Of a stretch of DNA of 64,000 nucleotides, positions 27,383 to 36,678 are shown piece after piece. The notes beneath the pieces were generated by a model. That model saw only the letters and a list, made by a program, of their open reading frames with translations. It made no database searches and was not told the origin of the DNA. The translations under genes were made by a program, and so were the position numbers. The number at the start of each line of letters is the position of its first letter. Position 1 is the stretch's first letter. The DNA is from a plasmid. Location: sequence record NZ_CP090789.1, one strand, 5' to 3'.

Positions 27383-27948
27383 TGATGGACGGCATCACGC
27401 GTAAAGCTCTCGCGGAGTCCTGGTTCGAGCTCGCTGTTCGCAAGAATCCGTTCGAACAAGTTGAGGATACGGACGCATGCGTCGCCGACGTGCGAATTGG
27501 AATCGCACTCCAAGATCTCGGTGTCGAGCTCGGTCCACAGCGCCGCGTTGATCTTCTGCCGCACAGTGCCTTTCGTCGTCGGCTCGTCTCGTTCCTCTTC
27601 TGGTGGGACCGGGAAACCCGCAGCCGCGAGCTCGCGACGCGCCTGGTCGTCCCATCGAGTCGGCGCTTCGGCGTCGCATCGGAATGCATACCGGATCGCG
27701 GCCTCGCATTCCGGTGTTCCTTCCTCGGTCTCAACCTTCACGGCAACCTCAAAGTAGTTGCCGAAGCCATGCGTGCAGGCCCGGACAATGAATCGTGCTC
27801 CCTGCGGTGGCTCACCCAGCGCCCGCGTAATCACTTTGATGAAGGCGCGACACTCCGCGCGGCTGCGATCTTGATAGTTCTCGTTTCCCAGCTGAACGCA
27901 CGGCTCGTTGGCCGGCGAAGGCCCACAATCAATAATCAGTTTGTACAT
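27358..27948 (-). CDS. hypothetical Cys-containing protein (196 aa), first gene of the operon with the DndC-like gene
   Basis: RBS GAGAGGAAGAGC before ATG; overlaps or abuts the downstream PAPS-reductase-like gene. Confidence 0.55.
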   Translation of the reverse strand: MYKLIIDCGPSPANEPCVQLGNENYQDRSRAECRAFIKVITRALGEPPQGARFIVRACTHGFGNYFEVAVKVETEEGTPECEAAIRYAFRCDAEAPTRWDDQARRELAAAGFPVPPEEERDEPTTKGTVRQKINAALWTELDTEILECDSNSHVGDACVRILNLFERILANSELEPGLRESFTRDAVHQCNVWYFG

Positions 27949-27984
27949 GCTCTTCCTCTCTGGCGTACCGCGCGACGCGGTGTT

Positions 27985-28473
27985 AGCTGCCCGGGCTCCA
28001 AGATTCGGAGTCCCGACGTATTGGGTTCTGTTGAGTCGGCGTGCTGCGCTTCGCAGCTGCCGCCGGTCCCCTTAGTTCGTCGTCCCGCGAACGGACCAGC
28101 GCCGGCCGGCGCCGGGTCAAGGGAACACGCGCGGGGTGGGGCGGGAGGGAGCGCAGCGCACGACACGGCCCCGCGCGCCTTGACGCGGCAAAGGCCGGCG
28201 CTACGGTCGCGGAACTAGGACGACGAGCTCAGGGGACGAGAAGGTCGGTAGCGGCCGCATGCCGATGAGGCAGAACGCCGCGCGCGGCGAGCGCGCTATC
28301 TGAGGCGCGGAGCGGCTCAGGTGGACATGGGGTGGCCAGCGCCGGGGCGGGCTGCGGAACGCAGCGCGGCCCCTAGAGCGTGGTGGGACATCCGGGCCGC
28401 GGAGAAAGCGGCTCGCGTGGCAAATCGATTACGTCGGTTTGGTGCGCGAGCCGTCGCGGTCCGGCTGGATCCA
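27985..28473. repeat. about 488-bp direct repeat copy 2 (5' leader of the 196-aa/DndC-like operon)
   Basis: About 95% identical to 24703-25190; begins about 37 nt upstream of the start codon. Confidence 0.85.
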
Positions 28474-28555
28474 GCTGCGAAAAGAAACTCGCCCCGGTTT
28501 CAGTGCCTAGCTATTTGAGTAAGCGAACCTGATCTGATAGCTTCTTACTCGAGAA

Positions 28556-29002
28556 TTGACCTTCGGCAAATACAAGGGCACGGAAGCTCGAAAACTTCTG
28601 TTCGACGATCCAGCCTACGTCCGCTGGCTTCTAGGAGAATCCGGCGCCTCGGGAGGCATGCTGGCAGCGCAGAAGGAGTTCACGCGACTCATCGCGGCAC
28701 TCGATAAGAAACCGTTTGCCGGCGACTGCGCCGGCGGCTGCAAACAGCCAGCGACCAGGGCGAGTGCGTATGCAAACAGCCCGACACTCTTCTCGTGGTG
28801 CGACGATTGCGATCCGTATTCGAAGGGGGCGCTGGCGGGCAAGTTGCGCATCGTCAGAACGTATGCGGACGCAGAGCGCCACGTCAATTTGACCGCCGAA
28901 GGCCATAGGGCCACGCTCAAAGCAATCATCCGCGAACTGGCAATGGAAAAAGGCATGGCGAAGCGGTTTACGGCATCGGCCCTTGCGGCATTCCTTCCAT
29001 GA
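28556..29002 (+). CDS. hypothetical protein with N-terminal FGKYKG...Y.RWLL motif (DUF3820-like)
   Basis: TTG start; MTFGKYKGTEARKLLFDDPAYVRWLL resembles the 'putative quorum-sensing-regulated virulence factor' family N-terminus (memory-based). Confidence 0.35.
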   Translation: MTFGKYKGTEARKLLFDDPAYVRWLLGESGASGGMLAAQKEFTRLIAALDKKPFAGDCAGGCKQPATRASAYANSPTLFSWCDDCDPYSKGALAGKLRIVRTYADAERHVNLTAEGHRATLKAIIRELAMEKGMAKRFTASALAAFLP

Positions 29003-29204
29003 GACAAGCATAGCGACTAAGCGCTGCTCGCCAGTTTTCTGGCGACCTGAAAACGATTGATGAATACAATTATGTAAAATTATGGATACCTAATCGATTT
29101 GAGTCCCGCCAGCGCCAATGAAATATCGATTCCGCGACACCGCATCGACCGATCGGGTATCCACCTGCGTCGACCGGCCAACGCGACCGTACTAGATTCC
29201 CGTG

Positions 29205-29390
29205 TCAGAGGACCGTCATGCGCCGAGCTTCAAATTGCAGCTTGCTACCGTCCGCAAACACACAGATGTCCACGCACAGTTGCGGAGCCTCTATCGCTAC
29301 AGCGAGGTCACACGCGGTGTCAAATGCTCTGCACACGTCGGCGTCCATGCTGATGCACTCGGCGGTGGTGTATTGCGGTCGGTCCATCAT
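29205..29390 (-). CDS. small Cys-rich hypothetical protein (61 aa)
   Basis: Strong RBS AGGGAAAGG before ATGATG. Confidence 0.3.
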   Translation of the reverse strand: MMDRPQYTTAECISMDADVCRAFDTACDLAVAIEAPQLCVDICVFADGSKLQFEARRMTVL

Positions 29391-29528
29391 CCTTTCCCTG
29401 TTTTCCGGTATCCGTGCGCTTTAGCGGCGGTTGTCGCCTTCGATGATCAGAAGCCTCGCGTTTTCCTTCCAAATTGCATTAACGGCCTCAGCGACTGCTT
29501 CTGACAAAATAATAGTACCGCTGCGGTA

Positions 29529-29831
29529 CTATGTCAAAGCTTTTATCAGTTGCTCAACAATCTGGGGAGCAAGCGTCACGCCGCGGGCGCTCAACTCTGC
29601 CGGTAGTACGGTGCGCATCATGTGACGGCGCACTGCCAAGGGGATACGCTCCAGTGCATAACCGGCTTCTGCCATTTTGGCGGGCCAATTATGTCGGTAT
29701 GCCGTGCCGCACGCAGCATTGATCTCGTCAAGGGTTTGCTTGAGCGGTTTGCCAGCGGCCGCCTCAATTTCCAGCCAGCGCTCGAAGAGGCCTTTAGAGA
29801 GTTTATCTAGTACCATAGCGGTACTGTATAC
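29529..29831 (-). CDS. hypothetical protein (about 100 aa) flanked by AGTACC-N5-GGTACT palindromes
   Basis: ORF with plausible composition; palindromes at 29509-29525 and 29806-29822. Confidence 0.35.
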   Translation of the reverse strand, partial: VYSTAMVLDKLSKGLFERWLEIEAAAGKPLKQTLDEINAACGTAYRHNWPAKMAEAGYALERIPLAVRRHMMRTVLPAELSARGVTLAPQIVEQLIKALT

Positions 29832-29958
29832 CATACGCGCCGTCAAATAGTCTCCTCGAAGATTCGGGACAGAATGGCGCGGCCCAGAAAAGCAACCATC
29901 GGATAATTCGGCGCCGCGCCGATCCGGTACCCTTCCACCGTATCGCAATATCTCGGCG

Positions 29959-30291
29959 ATGATCGTGCTCACTGAACTACAAAACCTACAGGCTCAACTT
30001 CGCGAATTGAATGCTCGGCTCGCGGACGTGAAGAACGACGAAAGGCAGGCGTATTTAGCCCGAGTCCAGGAACACGTTGCCCTCTACGGCATTACCGAAG
30101 ATGAACTGCTCTGCGCAGCTGGCTTCCGGAAAGCGCGCAGATCGCGGGCGCAAGCGAAGTACTACGACCCCTCGTCGGGTAAGCAATGGTCTGGATTCGG
30201 CCCGCGACCGAAATGGCTGGAAGGCAAGAATCTCGACGACTACCTGATTGAGCGTGCTGCGAAACCGTGGTGGCCCGGAGAAGACGCCTGA
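29959..30291 (+). CDS. hns: H-NS/MvaT-like nucleoid-associated protein
   Basis: N-terminal coiled-coil; C-terminal YYDPSSGKQWSGFGPRPKWL matching the H-NS DNA-binding motif (TWSGRGRxPxW). Confidence 0.7.
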   Translation: MIVLTELQNLQAQLRELNARLADVKNDERQAYLARVQEHVALYGITEDELLCAAGFRKARRSRAQAKYYDPSSGKQWSGFGPRPKWLEGKNLDDYLIERAAKPWWPGEDA

Positions 30292-30421
30292 CGACGCGCG
30301 CAAGTGAATTTCGCACCGATAGAGTGCTCCACGGTCGGGGCTTACCTGACGACAGCGATCGCCACCGGCAACCCGATACTTGCGTTACCCTGTTTCGGTA
30401 CGGTTGCCCTGGGAGTCGGCG

Positions 30422-31333
30422 ATGTGCTATTCGGCAAAGATCCAAACCAACTATCGTGAGTACGCGCGACGTTACGGTGCCGACATGGACATCGAGACAT
30501 TCCGCCATCTGTTCTTCGCGCGCGCGGCCGGAAGCGACATCAGAATTCCGAAGGCGGTCGACGCGGCGCTCGTAGGTGTCGACGAAGAAATCTCGGCGGC
30601 GATCGCTGCGTATCGAAGCCAGCGAACACGGAAGCTGGAGACCGATCTGTTCGAGCAGCGAGCGCGCCTCGCCGCGGCCGAGAAGAAGCTCGCCGTGAAG
30701 ACCACGAAGAAGGCGACCGAGGACGTCCGGATCGCCACGGACAAGATCGATGCGGCAACGCGCGGGCTCGACGATCTTCGCCGGCAGGACCTGCAGGAGC
30801 GTGATTCGCGGATCTTCCCCGGCTGGTATGCGCCCGTGCTGATCGAGCTCGAAGGCAAACGCCTAGTCGTGCCGATGCGGTATCGGTGCCGCATACCGGG
30901 CTGGACCGAGGCGGACGAAAAACAGAAGCCGGCAACCTATAATGCCCGCTCGGATTCGCTCGCCACGGCCTGGCGCAAGGTCTTCGGCTTCACGCATGGG
31001 CTCCTGCTCGTCGACGCTTTCTTCGAAAACGTGCGGCGCGACGGCCAGAACGTCGTGCTTCGCTTCGACCCGACGCCCCCGCAACACATGCAAGTCGCCT
31101 GCCTGTGGACCCGCACCGAGATCCCTGGCGCCGACGATTTGTGGTCGTTCGCGGCGATTACCGACGACCCACCGCCGGAAGTGGCGGCAGCGGGCCACGA
31201 CCGATGTATCGTCCCCATTAAATCCTCGAATGTTGACGCGTGGCTCGCACCACATCCAAGCCGGCGCGCGCAGCTGCGCGAGATCCTGGCCGACCGCGAG
31301 CGGCCCTACTACGAGCACCAGCTCGCAGCGTAA
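30422..31333 (+). CDS. SOS response-associated peptidase (SRAP/YedK/HMCES family)
   Basis: Starts MC (Cys2); conserved blocks YNARSDSL...WRKVF...HGLLLVDAFFE, ACLW, AITDDPPPEVAAAGHDRCIVPI...VDAWL; RBS GGAGTCGGCG. Confidence 0.7.
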   Translation: MCYSAKIQTNYREYARRYGADMDIETFRHLFFARAAGSDIRIPKAVDAALVGVDEEISAAIAAYRSQRTRKLETDLFEQRARLAAAEKKLAVKTTKKATEDVRIATDKIDAATRGLDDLRRQDLQERDSRIFPGWYAPVLIELEGKRLVVPMRYRCRIPGWTEADEKQKPATYNARSDSLATAWRKVFGFTHGLLLVDAFFENVRRDGQNVVLRFDPTPPQHMQVACLWTRTEIPGADDLWSFAAITDDPPPEVAAAGHDRCIVPIKSSNVDAWLAPHPSRRAQLREILADRERPYYEHQLAA

Positions 31334-31370
31334 ACGCGGGGGTTGGTGGGGCGGTTATCTCTGTCATATA

Positions 31371-31386
31371 CTGTACAAACATACAG
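31371..31386 (+). promoter_or_regulatory. LexA SOS box CTGT-N8-ACAG
   Basis: CTGTACAAACATACAG 21 nt upstream of the imuA ATG, embedded in an AT-rich -10-like region. Confidence 0.6.
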
Positions 31387-31406
31387 TATTTTGCGTAACC
31401 GACCCC

Positions 31407-32123
31407 ATGCACCCCGCCCTCGCCCATCCTGAAGTCATCCACCCGGCCCTCTGGCGCGCCAGTCAGCTGGCGCGCTCGAGCGTGCGCGGCGTCGACACGG
31501 GCCATCCGGAACTGACGGCCGAACTGCCCGGCGGCGGCTGGCCGGCCGGCGCGCTGATCGAGCTGCTCGCGCCGCAGCCGGGCATCGGCGAGCTTCGGCT
31601 GCTGGCGCCGGTGCTCGCGCGCGCGGCCGGCAAGCCGGTCGTGCTGATCCAGCCGCCGCATGCACTGCAACCGCTGGCGCTCGCGTACTGGGGCATCGAC
31701 CCGTCCGGGTTCGTGACGCTGCCGGCGCCGCGAACGGCCGACGCGCTGTGGGCCGCCGAACAGGCGCTGCGTGCCAGCACGTGCGCTGCCGTGCTGCTCT
31801 GGCAGCCGCATGTCCGTGCGGACGCATTGCGGCGACTCAACCTGGCCGCGCAGAGCGGCCAGGCGCTGTTCTACCTCTTCCGGCCGGCGGCCGCCGCGCG
31901 CGATGCGTCGCCGGCGCCGCTGCGGCTCGCGCTGGCGCCGAAGCGTGACGGCATCGATGTCACGTTCGTGAAGCGCCGCGGGCCTGCACGCGATGCGCCG
32001 CTGTTCGTTCCCTTGTCACCCTCGCCGATTTTGTTGAACCGCCATGCAAGTCTGGATCGGCGTGCATCTGCCGCACCTCAACCTCGAAGTGTTCCGGCCG
32101 CGATCGCCGGCGCCGTCGCCTGA
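31407..32123 (+). CDS. imuA: ImuA (SulA/RecA-fold) mutagenesis protein
   Basis: LWRASQLARS...VDTGHPELTAELPGGGWPAGALIELL...GELRLLAPVLAR...ALWAAEQALRASTCAAVLLW typical ImuA blocks. Confidence 0.7.
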   Translation: MHPALAHPEVIHPALWRASQLARSSVRGVDTGHPELTAELPGGGWPAGALIELLAPQPGIGELRLLAPVLARAAGKPVVLIQPPHALQPLALAYWGIDPSGFVTLPAPRTADALWAAEQALRASTCAAVLLWQPHVRADALRRLNLAAQSGQALFYLFRPAAAARDASPAPLRLALAPKRDGIDVTFVKRRGPARDAPLFVPLSPSPILLNRHASLDRRASAAPQPRSVPAAIAGAVA

Positions 32124-33522
32124 CGATGCGCGCGGGCTCGTCGTGCTCGAGGGCGGCCGCGTCGTGGCGCTCGATCGCGCCGCGCGTGCGCTCGGCGTGG
32201 TCGCCGGCATGCGCCGCGGTGGCGTGCTCTCTCTCGCACCGGACGCGCAGATCCGCGAGCGTGACGCCGCGCGCGAGCGCGAGCTCGTGCTCGGGGTTGC
32301 TTATGCGCTCCTGCAGTTCACACCGAGCGTCGTCGACGCCGAGGAAGCCGTGGTTGTGCTCGACGTGACCGCGAGCCTGCGCCTGTTCCACGGCATCCGC
32401 GCGCTGCGCCAGCGTGTGCGCGATGTCGTCGCGTCGTTCGGCGTCACCGCGGCGATATCCGTCGCGTCCTCGGGTCCGGCCGCGTGGATGGTCGCCCGCG
32501 GCCTGCGCGGCGGCCTCGCGCTGTCCGCGCGATCGCTGCGCCGCGCGCTCGCGCGCGTGCCTCTCGTCGTTGCGCCGGACGCCCGGCGCTACGCGAACTG
32601 GTTCGAGGATCTCGGCTGCGAAACGCTCGCCGATCTGCAGCGCTTGCCGCGCGCCGGGTTGAAGAAGCGATGCGGCACGCAACTGCTCGACTGGCTCGAC
32701 CAGGTCGCCGGCACCGCGCCGGCCGCCTACGACTGGCTCGAAATGCCGCCGTCGTTTGACACGCGCGTCGAACTGATGGACCGCGTCGAGCACGCCGAGG
32801 CGCTGCTGTTCGTCGCGCGCCGGCTGATCCTGCAGCTGACCGGCTGGCTCACCGCTAAGCAGCTGGACGTCGCCGCGTTTGCACTCCTGCTCGAGCACGA
32901 GCGCGGGCGGGACGCGATCGCGCCGACCGAGATCGAAATCGCGTTGGGCGCCCCTACCCGCTTCGAGGAGCACCTCACCCGGCTCGTCAAGGAGCGGCTC
33001 GGCCACGTCGAGCTCGCCGGGCCCGTGATTGCCGTGCGCCTAGTCGCCCACAGCGTGCAGGAAGCTGCCGCGCCGAGCGACTCCCTGTTTCCCGAGCCCG
33101 GTGGCACGCCGCAGGATCACGCACGGCTGCTGGAACTGCTGACGGCGCGGCTCGGCTCCGAGAACGTACTCGTCGCAGCTCCCATGGCCGACTACCGTCC
33201 CGAGCCGGCCGCCCGATGGGTGCCGATGCGTGACGCGCCGAAGCCGTCGCCGCTGCCGTCGGACCTGCCGCGTCCGGCCTGGCTGCTTGGCAGGCCTGTG
33301 CCGTTGCTCACACGCGAGCATCGCCCGTTTTACGGCACGCCGCTGCGCATGGTGTCGCCTGGCGAGCGCATTGAAGGTGGCTGGCAGGATGGGCAGACCG
33401 TGACGCGCGACTACTTCGTCGCCGAGGACGACAACGGCATCTGCTACTGGATCTACAAGGAGCGGCCGACGGCCAGCGACGAAAGCGACGCGCGCTTCTT
33501 CCTGCACGGCCTGTTCGGCTGA
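32044..33522 (+). CDS. imuB: ImuB (Y-family polymerase-like) mutagenesis protein
   Basis: N-terminus MQVWIGVHLPHLNLEVF typical of ImuB; followed by dnaE2. Confidence 0.8.
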   Translation: MQVWIGVHLPHLNLEVFRPRSPAPSPDDARGLVVLEGGRVVALDRAARALGVVAGMRRGGVLSLAPDAQIRERDAARERELVLGVAYALLQFTPSVVDAEEAVVVLDVTASLRLFHGIRALRQRVRDVVASFGVTAAISVASSGPAAWMVARGLRGGLALSARSLRRALARVPLVVAPDARRYANWFEDLGCETLADLQRLPRAGLKKRCGTQLLDWLDQVAGTAPAAYDWLEMPPSFDTRVELMDRVEHAEALLFVARRLILQLTGWLTAKQLDVAAFALLLEHERGRDAIAPTEIEIALGAPTRFEEHLTRLVKERLGHVELAGPVIAVRLVAHSVQEAAAPSDSLFPEPGGTPQDHARLLELLTARLGSENVLVAAPMADYRPEPAARWVPMRDAPKPSPLPSDLPRPAWLLGRPVPLLTREHRPFYGTPLRMVSPGERIEGGWQDGQTVTRDYFVAEDDNGICYWIYKERPTASDESDARFFLHGLFG

Positions 33523-33528
33523 TCCGGC

Positions 33529-36500
33529 ATGGACGCCGGCAGCTTCGGCGCCCTGCCCGCGTACGCGGAACTTCAGGTCGCCTCCGATTTTTCGTTCCTG
33601 CAGGGCGCGTCACGCGCGGAGGAATACGTCGCGCGCGCGGCGCAGCTCGGCTACAGCGCGATCGCGATCACCGACGAGTGCTCGCTCGCCGGCGTCGTGC
33701 GCGCGCACGTCGAAGCGAAGGCAGCGAACATGCCGCTGATCGTCGGCTCGCACTTCCGGCTGACGGCCGCGGACGGCGCGCCCGCGCTCGCCTTCACTGC
33801 GCTGGCGATGAATCGCGACGGTTACGGCAACCTCTGCGAATTCATTTCGCTCGGTCGCATGCGCGGCAAGAAAGGCACGTACCGGCTGGCGCCACTCGAT
33901 CTCGAACACCCGGAAGCGCCGTACACGCACCTGCGCGGCCTGCCCGACTGCGTCGCGATCCTGTCGCCCGACTTCCCAGCCAACGAGCAACGCCTTGACG
34001 CGCAGGTCGAATGGTTCGCGCGCGTGTTCGGCAATCGCGCATGGGTCGCGCTGACGCTGCACGCACGCGCGATGGACGACATCCACCGCGGCGTGGTCGA
34101 GCGCGTCGCCGCGCGGCACGGCGTGCCCGTGGTGGCCACCAGCTGGCCCCTCATGCACGTGCGATCGCGCAAACCGCTGCAGGACGTGCTGACGGGGATC
34201 CGGGTCGGCCGGCCGGTATCGGAGTGCGGGTACGAGCTCGCGCCGAACGCGGAGCGTCACCTGCGGTCGCGTCTGCGGCTCGCCAACCTCTATCCCGCCG
34301 GCGCGCTCGAGGAAACCGTACGCGTCGCGCGGCGTTGCACGTTTTCGCTCGACGACCTGAAGTACGAGTATCCGGATGAACTGGTACCGGCCGGCACCGA
34401 TCCGGCGACGTACCTGCGCGAGCAGACCTACATCGGCGCGCGCCGGCGCTTTCCGGCCGGCATCCCGATCGACGTCCAGGCGCAGATCGAACACGAGCTG
34501 CAGCTGATCGCCGACCTGAAATACGAGGCGTATTTCCTGACCGTCTACGACATCGTGCAATTTGCGCGCGAGCAAGGCATCTTGTGCCAGGGACGCGGCT
34601 CGGCTGCGAACTCGTCCGTTTGCTACTGCCTCGGCGTGACCGAGGTCGACCCGTCGCGGCAATCGATGCTGTTCGAACGGTTCATCAGCAAGGAGCGCAA
34701 CGAGCCGCCGGACATCGACGTCGATTTCGAGCATCAGCGTCGCGAAGAGGTCATGCAGTACATCTACCGCAAGTACGGCCGCGATCGCGCAGCGCTCACG
34801 GCCGCCGTCACGACATACCGGCCACGCAGCGCACTACGCGAAGCCGGCAAGGCGCTCGGCGTGGATCCGGCGATCGTCGATCGCGTCGCGAAGCAGCACC
34901 ACTGGTTCGATTCGCGCGCGGATCTGCTGCAGCGTTTTTCCGAGGCTGGCCTCGACCCCGACGCGCCGCTGAATCAGCAGTGGGCCGCATTTGCCGCGCA
35001 GCTGCTCGGCTATCCACGGCACCTGTCGCAGCATTCGGGCGGCTTCGTGATCAGCCGCGGCAAGCTCACGCGGCTCGTACCGGTTGAAAACGCAGCGATG
35101 GAGGATCGCTCGATCATCCAGTGGGACAAGGACGACATCGAGGCGCTCGGGATTCTGAAGATCGACGTCCTGGCCCTCGGGATGCTGTCGATGGTACGCC
35201 GCGCGCTCGACATGATCTCGGAGAAACGCGGCGAGACATTCGAGCTGCAGGACATTCCAGCCGAGGACAAGGCGACCTACGACATGCTGTGCGATGGCGA
35301 CAGCATGGGCGTGTTCCAGGTGGAATCGCGCGCGCAGATGTCGATGCTGCCGCGCCTGCGGCCGCAGTGCTTCTACGACTTGGTGATCGAAGTCGCGATC
35401 GTGCGGCCGGGCCCGGTGCAAGGCGGGATGGTGCATCCGTTTCTGCGCCGGCGCCAGGGGCTGGAGCCCGTCACGTTTCCGTCGGAAGGCATGGAGAAGG
35501 CGCTGGCTCGCACGCTCGGCGTGCCGATCTTCCAGGAGCAGGTGATGCAGGTCGCGATGCTGGCGGCCGGCTTCTCCGCCGGCGAGGCCGACCAGCTGCG
35601 CCGCGCGATGGCGGCATGGAAGCGCAAGGGGGGCCTCGAGCCGTACCACGAACGCCTGGTGAGCGGCATGCTCGAGCGCGGCTACGATCGCGAGTTCGCG
35701 GAATCCATCTTCGCGCAGATCAAGGGCTTCGGCGAGTACGGCTTTCCGGAGAGCCACGCGGCCAGCTTCGCGCTGCTCGTCTACGCGAGCGCCTGGCTGC
35801 GCCGACACGAGCCGGCCGTGTTCCTGGCCGCGCTGCTCAACAGCCAGCCGATGGGCTTTTACACGCCGTCGCAGCTCCTGCAGGACGCGCGGCGTCGCGG
35901 CGTTGAGGTGCTGCCCGTCGACGTCAACGTGAGCACATGGGATTCGGCGATCGAAGGCCCGACAACGTCGGCGCCCGTGCGTCTCGGCTTCTCGCTATTG
36001 CGCGGCATGCGCGAGGACGTCGCCGGCCGCATCGAGCTCGCACGCGCTGCGCGGTCATTCGTCGACGTCGCGGATCTCGCGCGCCGCGCGCGGCTTGATC
36101 GGCACGACCTGCAGGTGCTCGCGCGCGCGAACGCCCTCCGCTCACTCGCCGGCGGCAATCGACGCGCCGCGCTCTGGCTGGCCGCCGCCGCGGTCCCCGA
36201 TCGGGATCTGCTGCGCGGCACCGAGCGCGACGACGCGGTGCCGGCACTGCCGCAAGCATCGGAAGGCGCGGAAATCGTGACGGACTATCGTTCGATGGGC
36301 TTCACGCTCGGCCGGCATCCGCTGGCGCTGCTGCGCGAACGCCTGGCGCTCGATCGCCTGCAGTCGGCCGAACAGCTGCAGACGTTGCGCAGTGGCCAGC
36401 TCGCGCGCGCGTGCGGACTGGTTACGGTACGGCAGCGGCCGGGCACGGCGAACGGCGTACTGTTCATGACGCTCGAGGACGAGACCGGCCAGGTGAATGT

Positions 36501-36678
36501 GATCCTCTGGCCCGGCCTGCTGGAAAAGTTTCGGAAGGAAGCGCTCGGCGCCGCGCTGCTTGCCGTCTATGGTGTATGGCAGGCCGAAGGGAAGGTGCGG
36601 CATCTGATTGCGAGCAAGCTCGTCGACAGAACTGAACTACTCGGTGCACTGCCGACGACGTCGAGGGAGTTTTGTTAA
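33529..36678 (+). CDS. dnaE2: error-prone DNA polymerase DnaE2 (ImuC)
   Basis: PHP domain N-terminus ([15 protein letters not shown]), Pol III alpha core motifs, 1049 aa. Confidence 0.9.
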   Translation: MDAGSFGALPAYAELQVASDFSFLQGASRAEEYVARAAQLGYSAIAITDECSLAGVVRAHVEAKAANMPLIVGSHFRLTAADGAPALAFTALAMNRDGYGNLCEFISLGRMRGKKGTYRLAPLDLEHPEAPYTHLRGLPDCVAILSPDFPANEQRLDAQVEWFARVFGNRAWVALTLHARAMDDIHRGVVERVAARHGVPVVATSWPLMHVRSRKPLQDVLTGIRVGRPVSECGYELAPNAERHLRSRLRLANLYPAGALEETVRVARRCTFSLDDLKYEYPDELVPAGTDPATYLREQTYIGARRRFPAGIPIDVQAQIEHELQLIADLKYEAYFLTVYDIVQFAREQGILCQGRGSAANSSVCYCLGVTEVDPSRQSMLFERFISKERNEPPDIDVDFEHQRREEVMQYIYRKYGRDRAALTAAVTTYRPRSALREAGKALGVDPAIVDRVAKQHHWFDSRADLLQRFSEAGLDPDAPLNQQWAAFAAQLLGYPRHLSQHSGGFVISRGKLTRLVPVENAAMEDRSIIQWDKDDIEALGILKIDVLALGMLSMVRRALDMISEKRGETFELQDIPAEDKATYDMLCDGDSMGVFQVESRAQMSMLPRLRPQCFYDLVIEVAIVRPGPVQGGMVHPFLRRRQGLEPVTFPSEGMEKALARTLGVPIFQEQVMQVAMLAAGFSAGEADQLRRAMAAWKRKGGLEPYHERLVSGMLERGYDREFAESIFAQIKGFGEYGFPESHAASFALLVYASAWLRRHEPAVFLAALLNSQPMGFYTPSQLLQDARRRGVEVLPVDVNVSTWDSAIEGPTTSAPVRLGFSLLRGMREDVAGRIELARAARSFVDVADLARRARLDRHDLQVLARANALRSLAGGNRRAALWLAAAAVPDRDLLRGTERDDAVPALPQASEGAEIVTDYRSMGFTLGRHPLALLRERLALDRLQSAEQLQTLRSGQLARACGLVTVRQRPGTANGVLFMTLEDETGQVNVILWPGLLEKFRKEALGAALLAVYGVWQAEGKVRHLIASKLVDRTELLGALPTTSREFC

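Noticed and set aside
30942-32123. 393-aa ORF spanning the SRAP gene in another frame
   Set aside because: Only the distal part (from ATG 31407) matches ImuA. The upstream portion is an open frame across a high-GC gene. The SOS box also lies inside it.
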